Source: Vitrella brassicaformis CCMP3155
Taxonomy: Eukaryota; Protista; Chromerida
Direction: 5' to 3'
Assembly (NCBI GenBank): GCA_001179505.1
Contig: CDMY01000337.1
Span: forward strand, 50,158 to 114,157
DNA: 64,000 bases
Each line of letters opens with the position of its first letter. Positions within the stretch are counted from its first letter, which is position 1. Below are positions 12,523 to 24,195 of the stretch, one piece after another. A model generated the notes under the pieces. It was given only the letters and a program-made list of their open reading frames with translations, had not been told where the DNA came from and made no database searches. Position numbers and translations under genes: made by a program.

Positions 12523-15500
12523 TCAGCAGCTCTTCTCTGGCTTGACGTCGGTGATATGCGGGCCGTCTAGGTCGTCTCGATCATTGTCCTCAAACATGAA
12601 GCTGACGACACACAATACACACCATATGGCATTCAAATGTATGTGTATGCTGCCCCCATGGCATGTCAGTCTGTGGGCATGTACGTGCGGTGACCGACTC
12701 CCTCCCTCCCTCCCTCCCTCACCCGTAGTATACGAGCTGTGATCCCTTGCCGCAGGTCGGGTCGTGTCTGTCGGACGGCACCTCGAACCCCATCAGACGC
12801 AGTGCCACCGTCTTGTTCTTGACACACGCAAACAGACGCTCCTGACCACCACACAATCACACACACACATACACACACGCGCACAGAGGGCATGGTACCA
12901 TGTTTGGCGGTGTCGTCTGCGCTAGTGTGGTCTGACTTTGTTTTCGGTGTATGGGTGAGCGGATGTCTCGATGACGCTGTCATTGTCGTCGACGTCCACC
13001 AGTTCCATGTCGATGTCAGCCGCCTGCAGGTCGGGCATCTCATGGTTCTCGTCAAACCTGGCATTACCACCACACACACACACACATTTGATGTGGCTGA
13101 TCGGGCCTCCATCTCTCTCTCTGTGGTGAAGTTCAGATGCATACCAGTAAGCGACGGCCTTGAAGATATCGACATCTTCGGAGATCTTCTTGCCCTCGTT
13201 GATCTCGAGCGTGAACTGCTCCCCGTGGTCGATGCAGGTCTTGCCCATCATGACCTGCCACGGCGAGTCCATCCCGTCGCTCGTCCACAGCCGCATGTTG
13301 AGCACACCCGCGCCCCACAACGGAGAGAACCCATTCTTCATCTGCAGCTCGCCTCTCTCGCCAGACCGCCCGTCGCCCATCAGCAAAAAGGCCGTGTAGA
13401 GCGTCCCGGGGTCCGTCCAGAAGTTCTTGACCCCAAACAGACCACCCGCATCGGTCGTCGTCCCGTTGGCCGGCGCCCTCTCCTCTGTCGAATTGTTGTC
13501 GCCGTTTTCGCCTTTGTAGTTCCAGGCCATGTCGAGGAAAGTCGTCATGGCGCCCGCAACCACAGGGGCGGCGAATGACGTCCCGCCAGCGGAGAAGTCA
13601 AAGCTGTCATAGAGGTCGGGCATCGACGAGAAGGCCCCCTGGGCACTGATGTCGACGACCGACCGGTTGGGGCCGTCTCCGCGTGACGAGTAGGCCCTCA
13701 TCTCCTTGGACTGACACCTCGGCCCGAATTTGTCCTTGTCGCTGTCAGGGCCCAGTGAGCCGACCGAGAAGATGGTGTGGCCTGCCGGGCGGGTGGTGGT
13801 GCACGCGCAGTCACGGGCGTCACATTCGTGCCCCCCGTTGCCCGCCGACTTGACGAACAGCACACCCATCTTGAAGAAGCGATTGTACAGCCGGTCCTCT
13901 GCGTGGGTACCTGAATGAACACCGACCCGACCGGCAAGTACACGCGTGCTCGTCTTCTCGGCACATCTGTAGCTGCCTTGCGTTCTCATCTGACTGACCG
14001 GAACAGTCCTTGGGTATCTCTGCAGGGTTGGTGCCGAATGAGCCGTTGATGACCATGGGGCACTTGCCCTTGGCCAACAACTCGGCCAGCACGTCGAGCA
14101 CCAAAGGTGTGGCAGACGGCAGACCAGCGGTCCGAAAGAAGTATATCTCAGAACCTGATTACATACACATACACACACCCACACCCACACACGTGCTTGT
14201 TGAGTCTGCCGATGCGCCATGATGGTAAGCACCGACCAGGGGCAGATCCAGAGTTGACGGCATCCGACGAGTAGAATCCCGCTGCGTTCCCGGCCACTCC
14301 CGTGGCGTGGGGGTCCTCGATAGCCTCTTCGAAGCCGGTGACCACCTCACAGCTGTCGGCCTCCGCACAGTCGAACAGATGGATTTTGCGGGCTTCCCCC
14401 TCCTCCGACCTGCTCGAGGCAAAGACGGGGTGCTCCTCCCTAATGCCACCGATCTCCATGATGGCGATGGGCACGTGTTGGGCGTTGCGGAAGCTCCCTG
14501 ACCCGTCGAAGCCAGCGTCAATGAAGTGCTGCAGCTGATGGTTGGCCCCCGAACGGACATCGCCCGGCGCGCACCTCTCGCGGCTGACCAGCTCCTCGGC
14601 CACCTCGCCGCTCTTGGCCCGAGGGACCTCTCGCGGCACGTTCTTCGCCTTACGCGTCAGCTTAATGTCCTCCTTGCCCACCTCCTGTTTGTCCTCGTCG
14701 GCGTCTGTTGACGCATCTTCACTGACGTCCTCGGCTGCCGGCTCGTCGTCGTCCTTTGCATCGATGGGGGTGTCGTCGTCGTCGTCCATGAGGATGTCTT
14801 TGAGCGGGGCGAGGATGCCGTCAACGTCCAGGAAGCCCTTGCTGCGTTGCGCCCTCTCTGCTCGAAGCAGGTCAGTCAGCTCGCTCAGCTGGGCGGTCGT
14901 GAGGGCGCCGACGATCTCTCTCGCCAGCCTCGCACCCCTCGACCGCCCGCCGGACGAGCGAGACTCCTCCCGCTCGCTGCGCAGCGACGAAACGATGTTG
15001 CCGAGGAGGTCGAAGCCCTCGGTCTGGCTCTCCTCAGTGTCCCTGCCGACGAATACCACACACATGTCTGCCTTCTCTTCGTTGGCACACGCCACGCATC
15101 GCATGGATACCTGAATATCTCTTCCACTGCAGGCTCGTTGGCGATGGCAGGGATGGCCACTGCAGGCACTCTGGCGCTGACGACGGGCGTCGAGCGATAC
15201 AGCCCCGTCACCTTGGCACCGTGCTTGGTCTTGAGCCGGTCAGCGAAGGGGCGCACCAGCTTGGCGACCCTCTCCTCCTCCTGCTTGAAGAGCCGCTCGT
15301 AGTGCTGGGGGATGTCGCCGTCCTTCTGGATGTGGCCCTTGCCGATGGCCCACTCGATCTCGCTGTGCCAGTAGCGGCCCTTGCTGCCGTTGCTGCTGCT
15401 CTCGGGGTCCTTGAGAGAGATGAGGACATTCATCACCTCACCACCCTTGCCTTCGCGCAGGTGGGTGCGCATGATCTTGCCCGTCTCCTGCTCGATCTTG

Positions 15501-16030
15501 CGGCTGGCCTCGGTCTCGGTCATCATTGCCGGCCCGTCAGACGTCGAGAGCACGGTCGCCATCATGGCCTGGTTCTCGTCAGACAGGCCGGCAGTCTTGA
15601 CAGCGGCCTCGCCTGACTTGGCGCCCTCCTTGGCGCGCTTCAGCTGCTCTTTTCTGGCCGATGACAGCTTCCCCCTCTTGAGTTTCATGACGCCAGCGTC
15701 CGTCCAGTCCATCTTGGACACAGCGGCACCGCCCTTTGCCTCCGCCTCCTTCTTGGTCACCTCGTTCCTCCCCCCCGCAGCCGCATAGATGGCGTAACGC
15801 ATCCCGCTCGGGTCGTCCTTGGTCTCATAAAGGGGCACCTTATCCCCCTCCCCCTCGCTCTCAGACCTCGCCCCTCCGCTGACAATCGTGCTGCGCCATG
15901 CCTGCAGAGGGTGCCTCACCGGCCGATCGCCGTAGTCTTGCGCAAAGGCCAGGGGGGAAGAAGAGAGCACGAAATAGGAGAGGGTGAGGACCAGCCATCT
16001 CCTCGGCTGGGGGAGAGCCGTTCCCGCCAT
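12523..16030 (-). CDS. Secreted subtilisin-like serine peptidase (S8) with I9-like prodomain and C-terminal extension
   Basis: Signal peptide MAGTALPQPRRWLVLTLSYFVLSSSPLAFA. Prodomain VTGLYRSTPVVSARVP...VEEI. Motifs IAIMEIGG, DPHATGVAG, KSAGN, YSSRG, GGTSFAAPVVAG. The last exons splice to ...FMFEDNDRDDLDGP...SC-stop. Confidence 0.9.
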
Positions 16031-16463
16031 TCCGCAGCTCTCGCGGCGGCGTCTTTTCACAGCCACCCTGTGAGGATGACCTCGAACACGATGGCGAGTA
16101 TCGTCTCCACACTCAGCGGCTCCATGCACACACCCCGCTGCTGATGCGCACAACACCTGCGCCAATCTGTGTACACTGTACGGTGGCCAGGATGCTCGCT
16201 CTGACGTTTTAAGCTCGCAGACGTCACAAATCCCATCCCATCTCCCCGTCAGCTGCTTCCATCGTTCCCAACGCTCCTCTTTTCCTCTTCGTTTTCTGCC
16301 AATCCACCTTCCCATCCCTCCCGACCTTCCCAACCAGCAGATCTCCTTCCCGACAGCGTCCGCAGCCCTCAGCGACGTGTGAGAAGAGATCTGCCATTCT
16401 CTCGTGTCGGTTAGCTTCCCGCTGGGCCAACCAACCATAGCATCCCTTCATTCGACCGCGAGA

Positions 16464-18091
16464 ATGCCTTCAGCCGCCATGCTCCTCGCCCATCTGTCGG
16501 CTCTCGCCCTGTTTCTCTTCGTCGGCGTGACGCACGCCCTGCGCCGCCATGTCGTCAGCCACAACATGCTGGTGGTGGGCTCTGATGCAGCCCCGAGCAG
16601 CATCAGCATCGCTGTGGCCGACCCCTGCAGCGAGAGCGACAACCACACCCTCTGTCTGCCGTCCGTCGCCCCTCCCCCACCTCCCCCTGAGGTCGGGACC
16701 AACGACCTCGACGACGAGAACGTCGACGTGTGCGCGTCCATGGAGGGGGAGCACAACATGACGGTGTGTGAGGCGGTGGGCACCGACGAGGACCAGATAG
16801 ATGAGCGCCTCTTCCCCTTCAACGGCACCAAGTCGGGGCTGCCCGCTGCCGGCCTGCGGCCCTTTAGCTTCCTGCAGTTTAGGTATGGGCCTCCCCGTAG
16901 ACCCCTCGTGAGGAGGGCGGGACGAAGCGGATCTACGGCTCCGGAAACCGGTGAGCCAACAAACACCACACGCACAAGCACACCGGGAGATGCATGGGTG
17001 TCTTTGTGTTGGTGATGGTGTGGTGTGCGATGTGTCAGAGTCTCCGGCCCCTGTGGAGTCCGAGGCCTCCGAGTCCCGCGAGCTGACCGGCACCGCCCCC
17101 GCCCATGGCGAGTGCCCCACGGACCTGCCCAGCGATGCGGCCAAGGGGACGTCAAACCACGGCGATGACCCATTCATTACACGTAACCACAACACTCCAC
17201 ACCACACCACACCGCTTAAGCGGGGAGAGAGCGGCTGCTCATGTTTTGTTCGTCTTGGTGCGCGTGTGTGCATCGTCCGTCAGAGTTGTTTTGCGAGCAG
17301 AACGAGTACCGTCGCGCCGCCGGTTTGTCGGTCCTGACATGGGACGATGCGCTGGCGGGTTTTTCCAAGACGTATCTGTTTCAGCTGGATAGAGAGGGAT
17401 GCGCATTCCACCACTCGTCACTCTCACAGAGAAAACAGGTACGTGCGTCATATGGACACAACACAACACATAACGACATACAGATACGGTGGATGTGCTG
17501 ATGTGGTTGTGGTTGTGTGTGTGTGTGTGTGCAGATCGGTGCGTTCCGCCACCCTGGCGAGAATTTGTATCGCGGCAAGGGCGTGGCGCCCACCGGCGGA
17601 CGAGTGGCCAAGCTGTGGTACGACGAGATACACTGCTACCGGTACAGACAACACACCACACACCACACAGCACACACACCCCCACACAGACTCGGACGGG
17701 CGCAAACACCCATCCGTGTGTGTTCTTTCCGTCTGTGTGTGTGCAGCCACGGTCCGGTGGGCAACGGGTGCACCAAGGTGTGCGATCGTCGGTGCAGCCA
17801 AGGATCCATCTCATGCCAAGTTGGACACTTCACACAACTCATGTGGCAGGTACGGTCGACCGACCACACACACAACCCTCCTCGACCAGAAATGTCCTCA
17901 CTTGCGCTGCGCTGTGTGTGTGTGTGGGTCAGAGTCACACTCACATGGGCTGTGCCCGTCACCAGTGCCGCGGGAGCACATACCTGGTGTCCTGCCACTA
18001 CGGCAACATCGACGGCATGGGCGGCAACGTATACGGACAGCTGCCCTTCGACGACGCCTGCCGGGCACGACTCAACATACAATCCTGCTAG
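16464..18091 (+). CDS. Secreted CAP/SCP/PR-1 family protein
   Basis: Signal peptide MPSAAMLLAHLSALALFLFVGVTHA. Spliced CAP motifs QNEYRRAAGLSVLTWDDALA, PGENLY, LWYDE, VGHFTQLMW, MGCA, VSCHY. Stop TAG at 18089-18091. Confidence 0.9.
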
Positions 18092-18696
18092 CCGGCCGCC
18101 CGGCCACATGGCCACACTGTGGCCACGTAGATGTAGCATTGCATAGCTATAGCTGCCTGCCCAGCTAGACAGAGGGAGTGAGGGCACGGGTTTTGTTTGT
18201 GTGTGAAGGTGCGGCGAAATGAAGTGACTGCTGTATGTGTGTGTGCGAGGAAATGAAGCTGGGCAGCCCTGGGCAGCCTTCCGGTGCGAAATGCAGCAGC
18301 TGGGTGTACAGGCCAGGCCAATAGAGAGAAGTCGCTGAGTGGGTAGGTGGGTGGCTGTTTTGGTGTTTTTGTCCATCTGTGTGTGTGTGTAGACGAGGGG
18401 GGATACGTAGGTGTATATACAGACAGCTTCGCTTGCTGGTGCGTTTCACTCCAACGGGTGGGTTGCGCCGTGGGTTCTCTTCTGCCGGTCGGATGGGTCG
18501 CTGCAGCTGTTGATATTGGTCGACGCCGGTGAAGCATGGACTGACGCTGTATTTGCAAGGGCGTCAGTCGTGTCACCAGCGTTGGGACAAACGTACACAG
18601 CCAGCCGCAGCCAACACCCCACTGTGCGTGTGTACGTTCGTTCGTCCCAACGGGGGGGGTGGGCTTCGTTCGTTTGAGCTGCGTTGAAGCTGCGGT

Positions 18697-18810
18697 GGTC
18701 TGAAGGAGGTGACCTGGATGAGTATCTAATTATTAATTGCATCAGCTGCTGATGCAATTAATTGATGCAATTGATGGTCAGACACTCATCCAGGTCACCT
18801 CCTTCAGACC
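18697..18810. repeat. Foldback inverted repeat / long hairpin (114 nt)
   Basis: Arms 18697-18727 and 18780-18810 match as reverse complements at 30/31 nt. An inner AT-rich stem (ATTAATTGCATCAGC / GCTGATGCAATTAAT) closes around a single T. Confidence 0.9.
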
Positions 18811-19086
18811 GCGCATTCATTCCGGTGTTCTGTTTGTCGTTTGTCCGCTTTGCCGGCCAGTGGATGAGGACGGTCTGCCTTCGCTATATATGCGCACATG
18901 GTTATCCTTCTGTGGAGCAGCGAGGTGTGTTGCGTCTTCGGACGGACAGGTCCGCTCGTTTGTCTGTGGGTGTGTATCAGACGCTCTACATACACCAGTG
19001 AATCATGCTCTTTATTGCAGCTTGCAACAAGTAAAACAATCATCTCGCGTTCTGGTCCAAACAATGATTTCTTCAATCAATAACTG

Positions 19087-20297
19087 TCACGCGATGTCTC
19101 TGTGTGTCTGTGCGTTGACTGATGCATCAGTGCGTTGCGTGTGCTCTGAATCGGTGTGCCGCGTGCGGCTTGATGCTCTCCAGCACTTCACACGGATCAC
19201 TCGACTCGGACACCTTATGACACACACACACATCTATCCATCCATTGACCACAGCTGAATGCACCAATCCGCCTGCTCACCTCCATGTCCTTGAGTGCCT
19301 TGAGTGCCTCCTGCTCTGCGGCCGTCCCGCCCTCCTTCTCTCCCTCTGCGGCCCGCTTGCTGCTCGGGTGGGGCGCCTTGTGTGTGCTGGTTGTGGCGGG
19401 GGTTGGCTGCTGTGCGGCCTGCGTGAGGTCCCTCTCCTTGTCCTTGGCCTCCTTCAAACGACTGTCAGCCACACGCAACTCGCCCTCCTGCACATACATG
19501 ACACACACATCCATCCATATGTGTGTCTCCCTCATCTCTCTATGTGTGTGCCATTGATGCCTCGTGTTTGAGTTGTGCGATTGCGGCCTTGACGTTCTTG
19601 TCGGTCTCCTGTTCGTTGCGCTCGAGTGTCTCCTGCGTCTGGTGCTCGCCCTCGATGGCGTCTCGAGCGGCGCTCTCCTCTTCCGCCACACGGGCTGCCG
19701 CAGACACCAAACGACGCTCAGCCCTGACATAAACAGACACAGAGAGAGATGGAGACATGGATGTGTCTGTGTGTCTCTGTGTCTGTGTGTCTTACCTGAG
19801 TGCGTCCTTCTCTGCGTCGATGGTGTCCTTTTTGTCGTCTATTGTGAGTTTGGCCTCGAGTGTGCGGGCCTGTCGCTTCTCGGCGTCGGCCTCGTCTTTG
19901 TCTTGAGATGCCAGCGCCTCGGCCATGTGCGCCACACTGTCAGGCGCCACAGCCGATGGTACAGCGGCGGGCGGGGCGGACACATGGACGTGGACGTGGA
20001 CGGGCACACCCTCACCCTCACCCTCCTCGCCCTCATTGCTGTCGGAAGCTGGCTCGGCACGCTGATAGAAGAGCCTGCTGCTGCTGCTTGTGCTGCTTGT
20101 GGTGGTGACGGGTGCCGAGCGGATGGTTAGCCAGAGGCACAAGACCGACACGGCGAGGGAACGACGGGAGGCAACCATCGCTGACCGATCAAATCAGTCA
20201 ATCAATCAATGAGCGTGATTGACTGAGTGAGTGAGTCAATCGGTCAGAGAGAGATCAGCTGCAGTGGACACAGCTGCAAGCAGTGATTTGTATGTAT
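19087..20297 (-). repeat. Inverted segmental duplicate, copy A (pairs with 38050-39246)
   Basis: Reverse-complement similarity across the 5' flank, exons, introns and 3' end, e.g. atacatacaaatcactgcttgca and gcaacgcactgatgcatca occur in both copies. Confidence 0.95.
19127..20178 (-). CDS. Secreted acidic coiled-coil protein, paralog A
   Basis: MVASRRSLAVSVLCLWLTIRSA signal-like N-terminus, followed by coiled-coil exons (EADAEKRQARTLEAKL, EGELRVADSRLKEAKDKERDL). Exon structure is conserved with paralog B. Confidence 0.7.
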
Positions 20298-20513
20298 TGA
20301 CACACATTCGATCATTCATGTATACACGCATATACCTGCGGTGTGCGCCCGGCCACTGCGCCGATGGGGTGTATTTACATTGCGAGCTTGGCATTCGCTT
20401 CTCCTTCCTCCCAAGTGTCAAACGAAGCGCAGATCTATCGACGCTTCACTCATCTCTCCGTTCCCAGCCCAAGCTGCCTTGTTTCGCACACTGGCTGGCG
20501 AGAGCGGGCATCG

Positions 20514-22255
20514 ATGTCTGTGTTTGGTGAGTGTCGGTCCGTCGATGACTTCGAGAAGCTCGTAAGCGCACAAGCCAACCGACTCAGGCGGATCCTGAAT
20601 TCATGCTCATCATTTCTTGCCTGCTGCCGCTCTGATGTGGTTCTCAGAATCGTGTTGGCGAGGGCACCTACGGCACTGTGTATCGCGCCAAGGACCGGCG
20701 GAGTGGCGAAATAGTGGCGCTCAAGAAGGTGCGGCTGCACAGCGAGAAGGAGGGCTTTCCGCGGACGGGCGTGCGCGAGATTCGTATATTGCGGTCACTT
20801 CAGCACCCCAATGTGGTGCAGCTCAGGGAGGTCACGGTCGGCGCACAAATGAACAGCATTTTCCTGGTGAGCGAGTAGGTGCGACGGGAGTGAAGGACGC
20901 ATGCTGGTGATGTGTGTATCGTCTGGCACTGCTGTTTTGATTGAGTGCGTGTGCGTGTGTGTGTGTGTGAGTGTGCAGGTCTTTGAGTACTGCGAGCATG
21001 ACCTGGCGACGTTGCTGGATAACATGTCTTCTCCATTCTCTCACGCAGAGATCAAGTGTCTGTTGCTGCAGCTGCTGCGGGCCATCCAGCACCTGCACGA
21101 CAACTTCATCATTCATCGGGACGTCAAGCTATCCAATCTCCTCCTCAACAACAAGGGCACCCTCAAACTCGCTGACTTCGGACTCGCCAGGTAGACAAAT
21201 CACACGCAGCCCAGCCGATTGGTCTCTTGATTGTTGTGCTTGTCCGTGCGTGAATGTAGGGAGTTCGGTTCGCCTTCCGAGCCAGCGACGCAGAATGTGG
21301 TGACGCTGTGGTATCGTGCGCCCGAACTGCTGTTTGGCGCGCCGTCGTACAGCATGGCCATCGACATGTGGGCGGTGGGCTGCATCTTCGGCGAGCTCCT
21401 CTACCACCAACCAATACTGCCCGGCAAGAACGAATCACAACAGGTGTGTATGTGTATGCACTACATATGGGAGATATGGAACTGACGTCATTCAATGTGC
21501 TGTCTGTTGTTTGGCTCATTCACTCATTCATTCATCAGGTGCAGTTGATATGCAATCTGCTGGGCACGCCCAATCCCAAGATCTGGCCGGAGATATCCAG
21601 CCTCCCCAACTACCGCAAGTTCACACTGCCGCAGAACCAAGTGAGCCACACTCACACGGCAGTGGACAGATGTGTGTGTGACGGCATCCTGTGCTTTTGT
21701 CTGGCTCAGTACAACAATCTGTCTGTGCGATTCCCCGACGAGAGCGCCAACTGTCTGGACCTGCTCAACAAAATGCTCACATTCAACCCCGACAAACGCA
21801 TTTCAGCCCGCGAAGGTCCACACACACGCACACACATTATTGTCGCGTTCACCGTCACCGCCCCCTTCTCGTCGTGTGTGTGTGTGTGGCTTTCTCTCTC
21901 TGTCAGCTCTGAAGCACCCGTATTTCACGGAGAAGCCCCTGCCTCGCGAGCCGTCGTGGATGCCCACCTTTAAGGAGCATCGCAACGAGCCACTACCATC
22001 CATGCATGCAGCTGCCGCCGGCCCCGCACTGCCCCTGAAGCGCAAAGGCAGATCGCCTTACAGGGAGGAGAGGGAGACTGTGGTGGCGCCATCAAACACA
22101 ACCACCAAGTGAGTGTGGGGCAGGCCACAGAGAGGCAGAGGGACCATGTTTGCATCAAGGACGGCTGTGTTGTGTTGGCATTTATTGTATGCAGGGCACA
22201 GTTGTTGGCGGCAGCGGCAGCGCGCAAAGCGAGCAAAGGCGGGTTCTTCGGATGA
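20514..22255 (+). CDS. CDK10: Cyclin-dependent kinase 10-like protein
   Basis: [32 protein letters not shown]...VALKKVR...VFEYCEHDL...[12 protein letters not shown]...KLADFGLAR...[14 protein letters not shown]...ALKHPYF...MPTF. The GxCRSVxxFEKLN start and C-terminal MPTF are CDK10 hallmarks. Confidence 0.9.
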
Positions 22256-23078
22256 TGAATCGTGTGCGGCTGGCCCGTGTCTGGATGCTGATGGTCCTTT
22301 TTGCGCCGATGGCCGCGTCAGTCTTTATCCGTCTCCTGTACAGCATCTGTGTCCTTGCTGACGATCAGCTGGTGCCACCAGGTGTAGTCTGTCTTGGCGC
22401 TGTGCGTGCAAGGGGCTGAGGAGCCGCACCTTATGTCGCGAGCAGCACCGTGGCAGAGTTGACCTGGCGGCTGCAGCGCATGACCGACTCCATGACCGAC
22501 TCGCGTGCTACTGACTGTCTGGTGATAGTTCTGTGTGAAAAGAACTATGTTGATGATGCGCCTTCTGTCCTCGTAAAAGGTGATTCAATCGTCGAGTTCT
22601 AGATGAGTCTTTTAGCCAGACTGCCCAATCCAGCGCCACAGATGCACACAGACAGTGAGTCCATCCATCCATTCCCCACCCATCAGACTCCAAACACTCG
22701 CAGCCACTCAAACATTCATCATGTGTCACACAAAACCGTGGCAAACGAACAGGGAAAAGTGAGTCCATCCATTCGTGCAGCCAAACAGTATCTATGTGCC
22801 TCAGCCATCCATCTATGTGTGCTGTGCCCGTGGCTTTCACGCTGACGGCTCGATGCCAACAGCGAGGTGTCAGTCAGACGCTAGCGAAAAAGTTAGCAGA
22901 GAGAGGCAGGGGCGGGCAATGCATCATATCTACGTGTGTGCATACGTGCATTCGTTGCATTGACTGATGGAAAAAGAAACCCCGACCCTCGCACACGAGC
23001 AGCAGCGCTTCACACCAACAACTCAGTGTCCCCCTCTTCACCTTCTCTCTACTCCGCCTGAGTGGTCTGGTTGGTTCA

Positions 23079-23354
23079 TCAGACGACGTTGACGGGTCCC
23101 TTGACAGTCCATTCGTCCCAGTTCATCAGCTTGCGGAAGGTGCGGTACCGGTCAGCCGCGAAGGCCCCCGCACCGACTCCATACAGGCCGCACCCCACCA
23201 GCAGCAGTCCCAGGAAGGTTCGGTCCTCGCTGGCCTCACCTGCCGATGACGCGAAGCTGCGAACGGCGCTCGTCGGTCCCCGCTGGAACAAGGGCGACAC
23301 GCGGGGCAGCGTTGCGGGTTTGCTGAGCGATGTCAGGGCTCGGAGGGCAGACAT
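23079..23354 (-). CDS. Small intronless single-TM protein with mitochondrial-type presequence
   Basis: MSALRALTSLSKPATLPRVSPLFQRGPTSAVRSFASS (Arg/Ser/Leu-rich, no acidic residues, RSF-AS cleavage-like motif), then TM FLGLLLVGCGLYGVGAGAFA. 91 aa. Confidence 0.65.
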   Translation of the reverse strand: MSALRALTSLSKPATLPRVSPLFQRGPTSAVRSFASSAGEASEDRTFLGLLLVGCGLYGVGAGAFAADRYRTFRKLMNWDEWTVKGPVNVV

Positions 23355-23459
23355 ATTCGCCAACTGGTGAACACTCTCTGCTGGGCGGCAAGTGGAGTTG
23401 CCCCTCGGGCAGGCGTATCCGTAAAACAGTAAACGCGAAACTCTGCTTTCTTCCAGCCG

Positions 23460-23533
23460 ATATGGAATGACATATGGAATGACAGACGCTCTGGTCGCTT
23501 TCCGTTACGTCAACGTCAAACATATGGAATGAC
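23460..23533 (+). promoter_or_regulatory. Three exact copies of the 12-mer ATATGGAATGAC in a divergent promoter
   Basis: Copies at 23460-23471, 23472-23483 and 23522-23533, inside the 187-bp gap between two head-to-head ATGs. Confidence 0.55.
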
Positions 23534-23541
23534 GCACCATC

Positions 23542-24125
23542 ATGGGCGGCTTTTCGTCGAAACACGCAGAGCGATACGAGGACAAAGATGGCAGGTGAGG
23601 AGGCTGAGCCGACTGTCTGTTCCTGGTGACTGAGTACAGCATTCGTCTGTGATGCCTTCGTTGATGCGGCAGATCCAGGGCGGAGAAGCTGTGCAGGAGG
23701 CAGGTACCCTGTTGCATTGCGTGAGAAGAGAAAAGCATCACTGCCCACTCACTTTGCTGAACCTCGTGTGTGTTTCGTATCAGGCTTGTGCAATTCAGAA
23801 CTGCCTTGCCAGCAGAGGCTACCAGCAGGTGCGCAACCCAGCCACACAGGTCGACAGCCATGTTCATTGGCCGCCACAGAGCGTGTGTGTGTGGTCATGC
23901 AGGAGAAGTGCCAGCAAGTTATCGACGAAGTAGGTATTTATTTATGGCCGCATCGCATACACACAGAGGCACAAAGACAGACACCACGCACGCTGCCTGC
24001 TTGCCTGCCTGCCTCTGGTGCAGTATTATGAGTGTGTGGCGCGAATGGAAGGGAAGGTAGAGGAGAGGAAAACTGATGGGCGTCGAAAGCCAGATCCACA
24101 ACCAACCGACGGCAAAAAGTCGTGA
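23542..24125 (+). CDS. CMC4: CMC4/MTCP1-like twin-Cx9C mitochondrial intermembrane-space protein, 5 exons
   Basis: Splicing gives MGGFSSKHAERYEDKDGRSRAEKLCRRQACAIQNCLASRGYQQEKCQQVIDEYYECVAR...KKS. The spacing C-x4-C-x4-C-x10-C-x9-C matches CMC4. Confidence 0.8.
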
Positions 24126-24195
24126 CTGTTGATGAGTGGTGTGAGTGGTGCGACAAAGATGAGTCGGCCAGTCTGTCTGTGTGGAGGTAGGACGA

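Noticed and set aside
22256-22500. Hydrophobic ORF (22150-22419) after CDK10
   Set aside because: Overlaps the CDK10 terminal exon and probable 3' UTR; no splice or codon-bias support.
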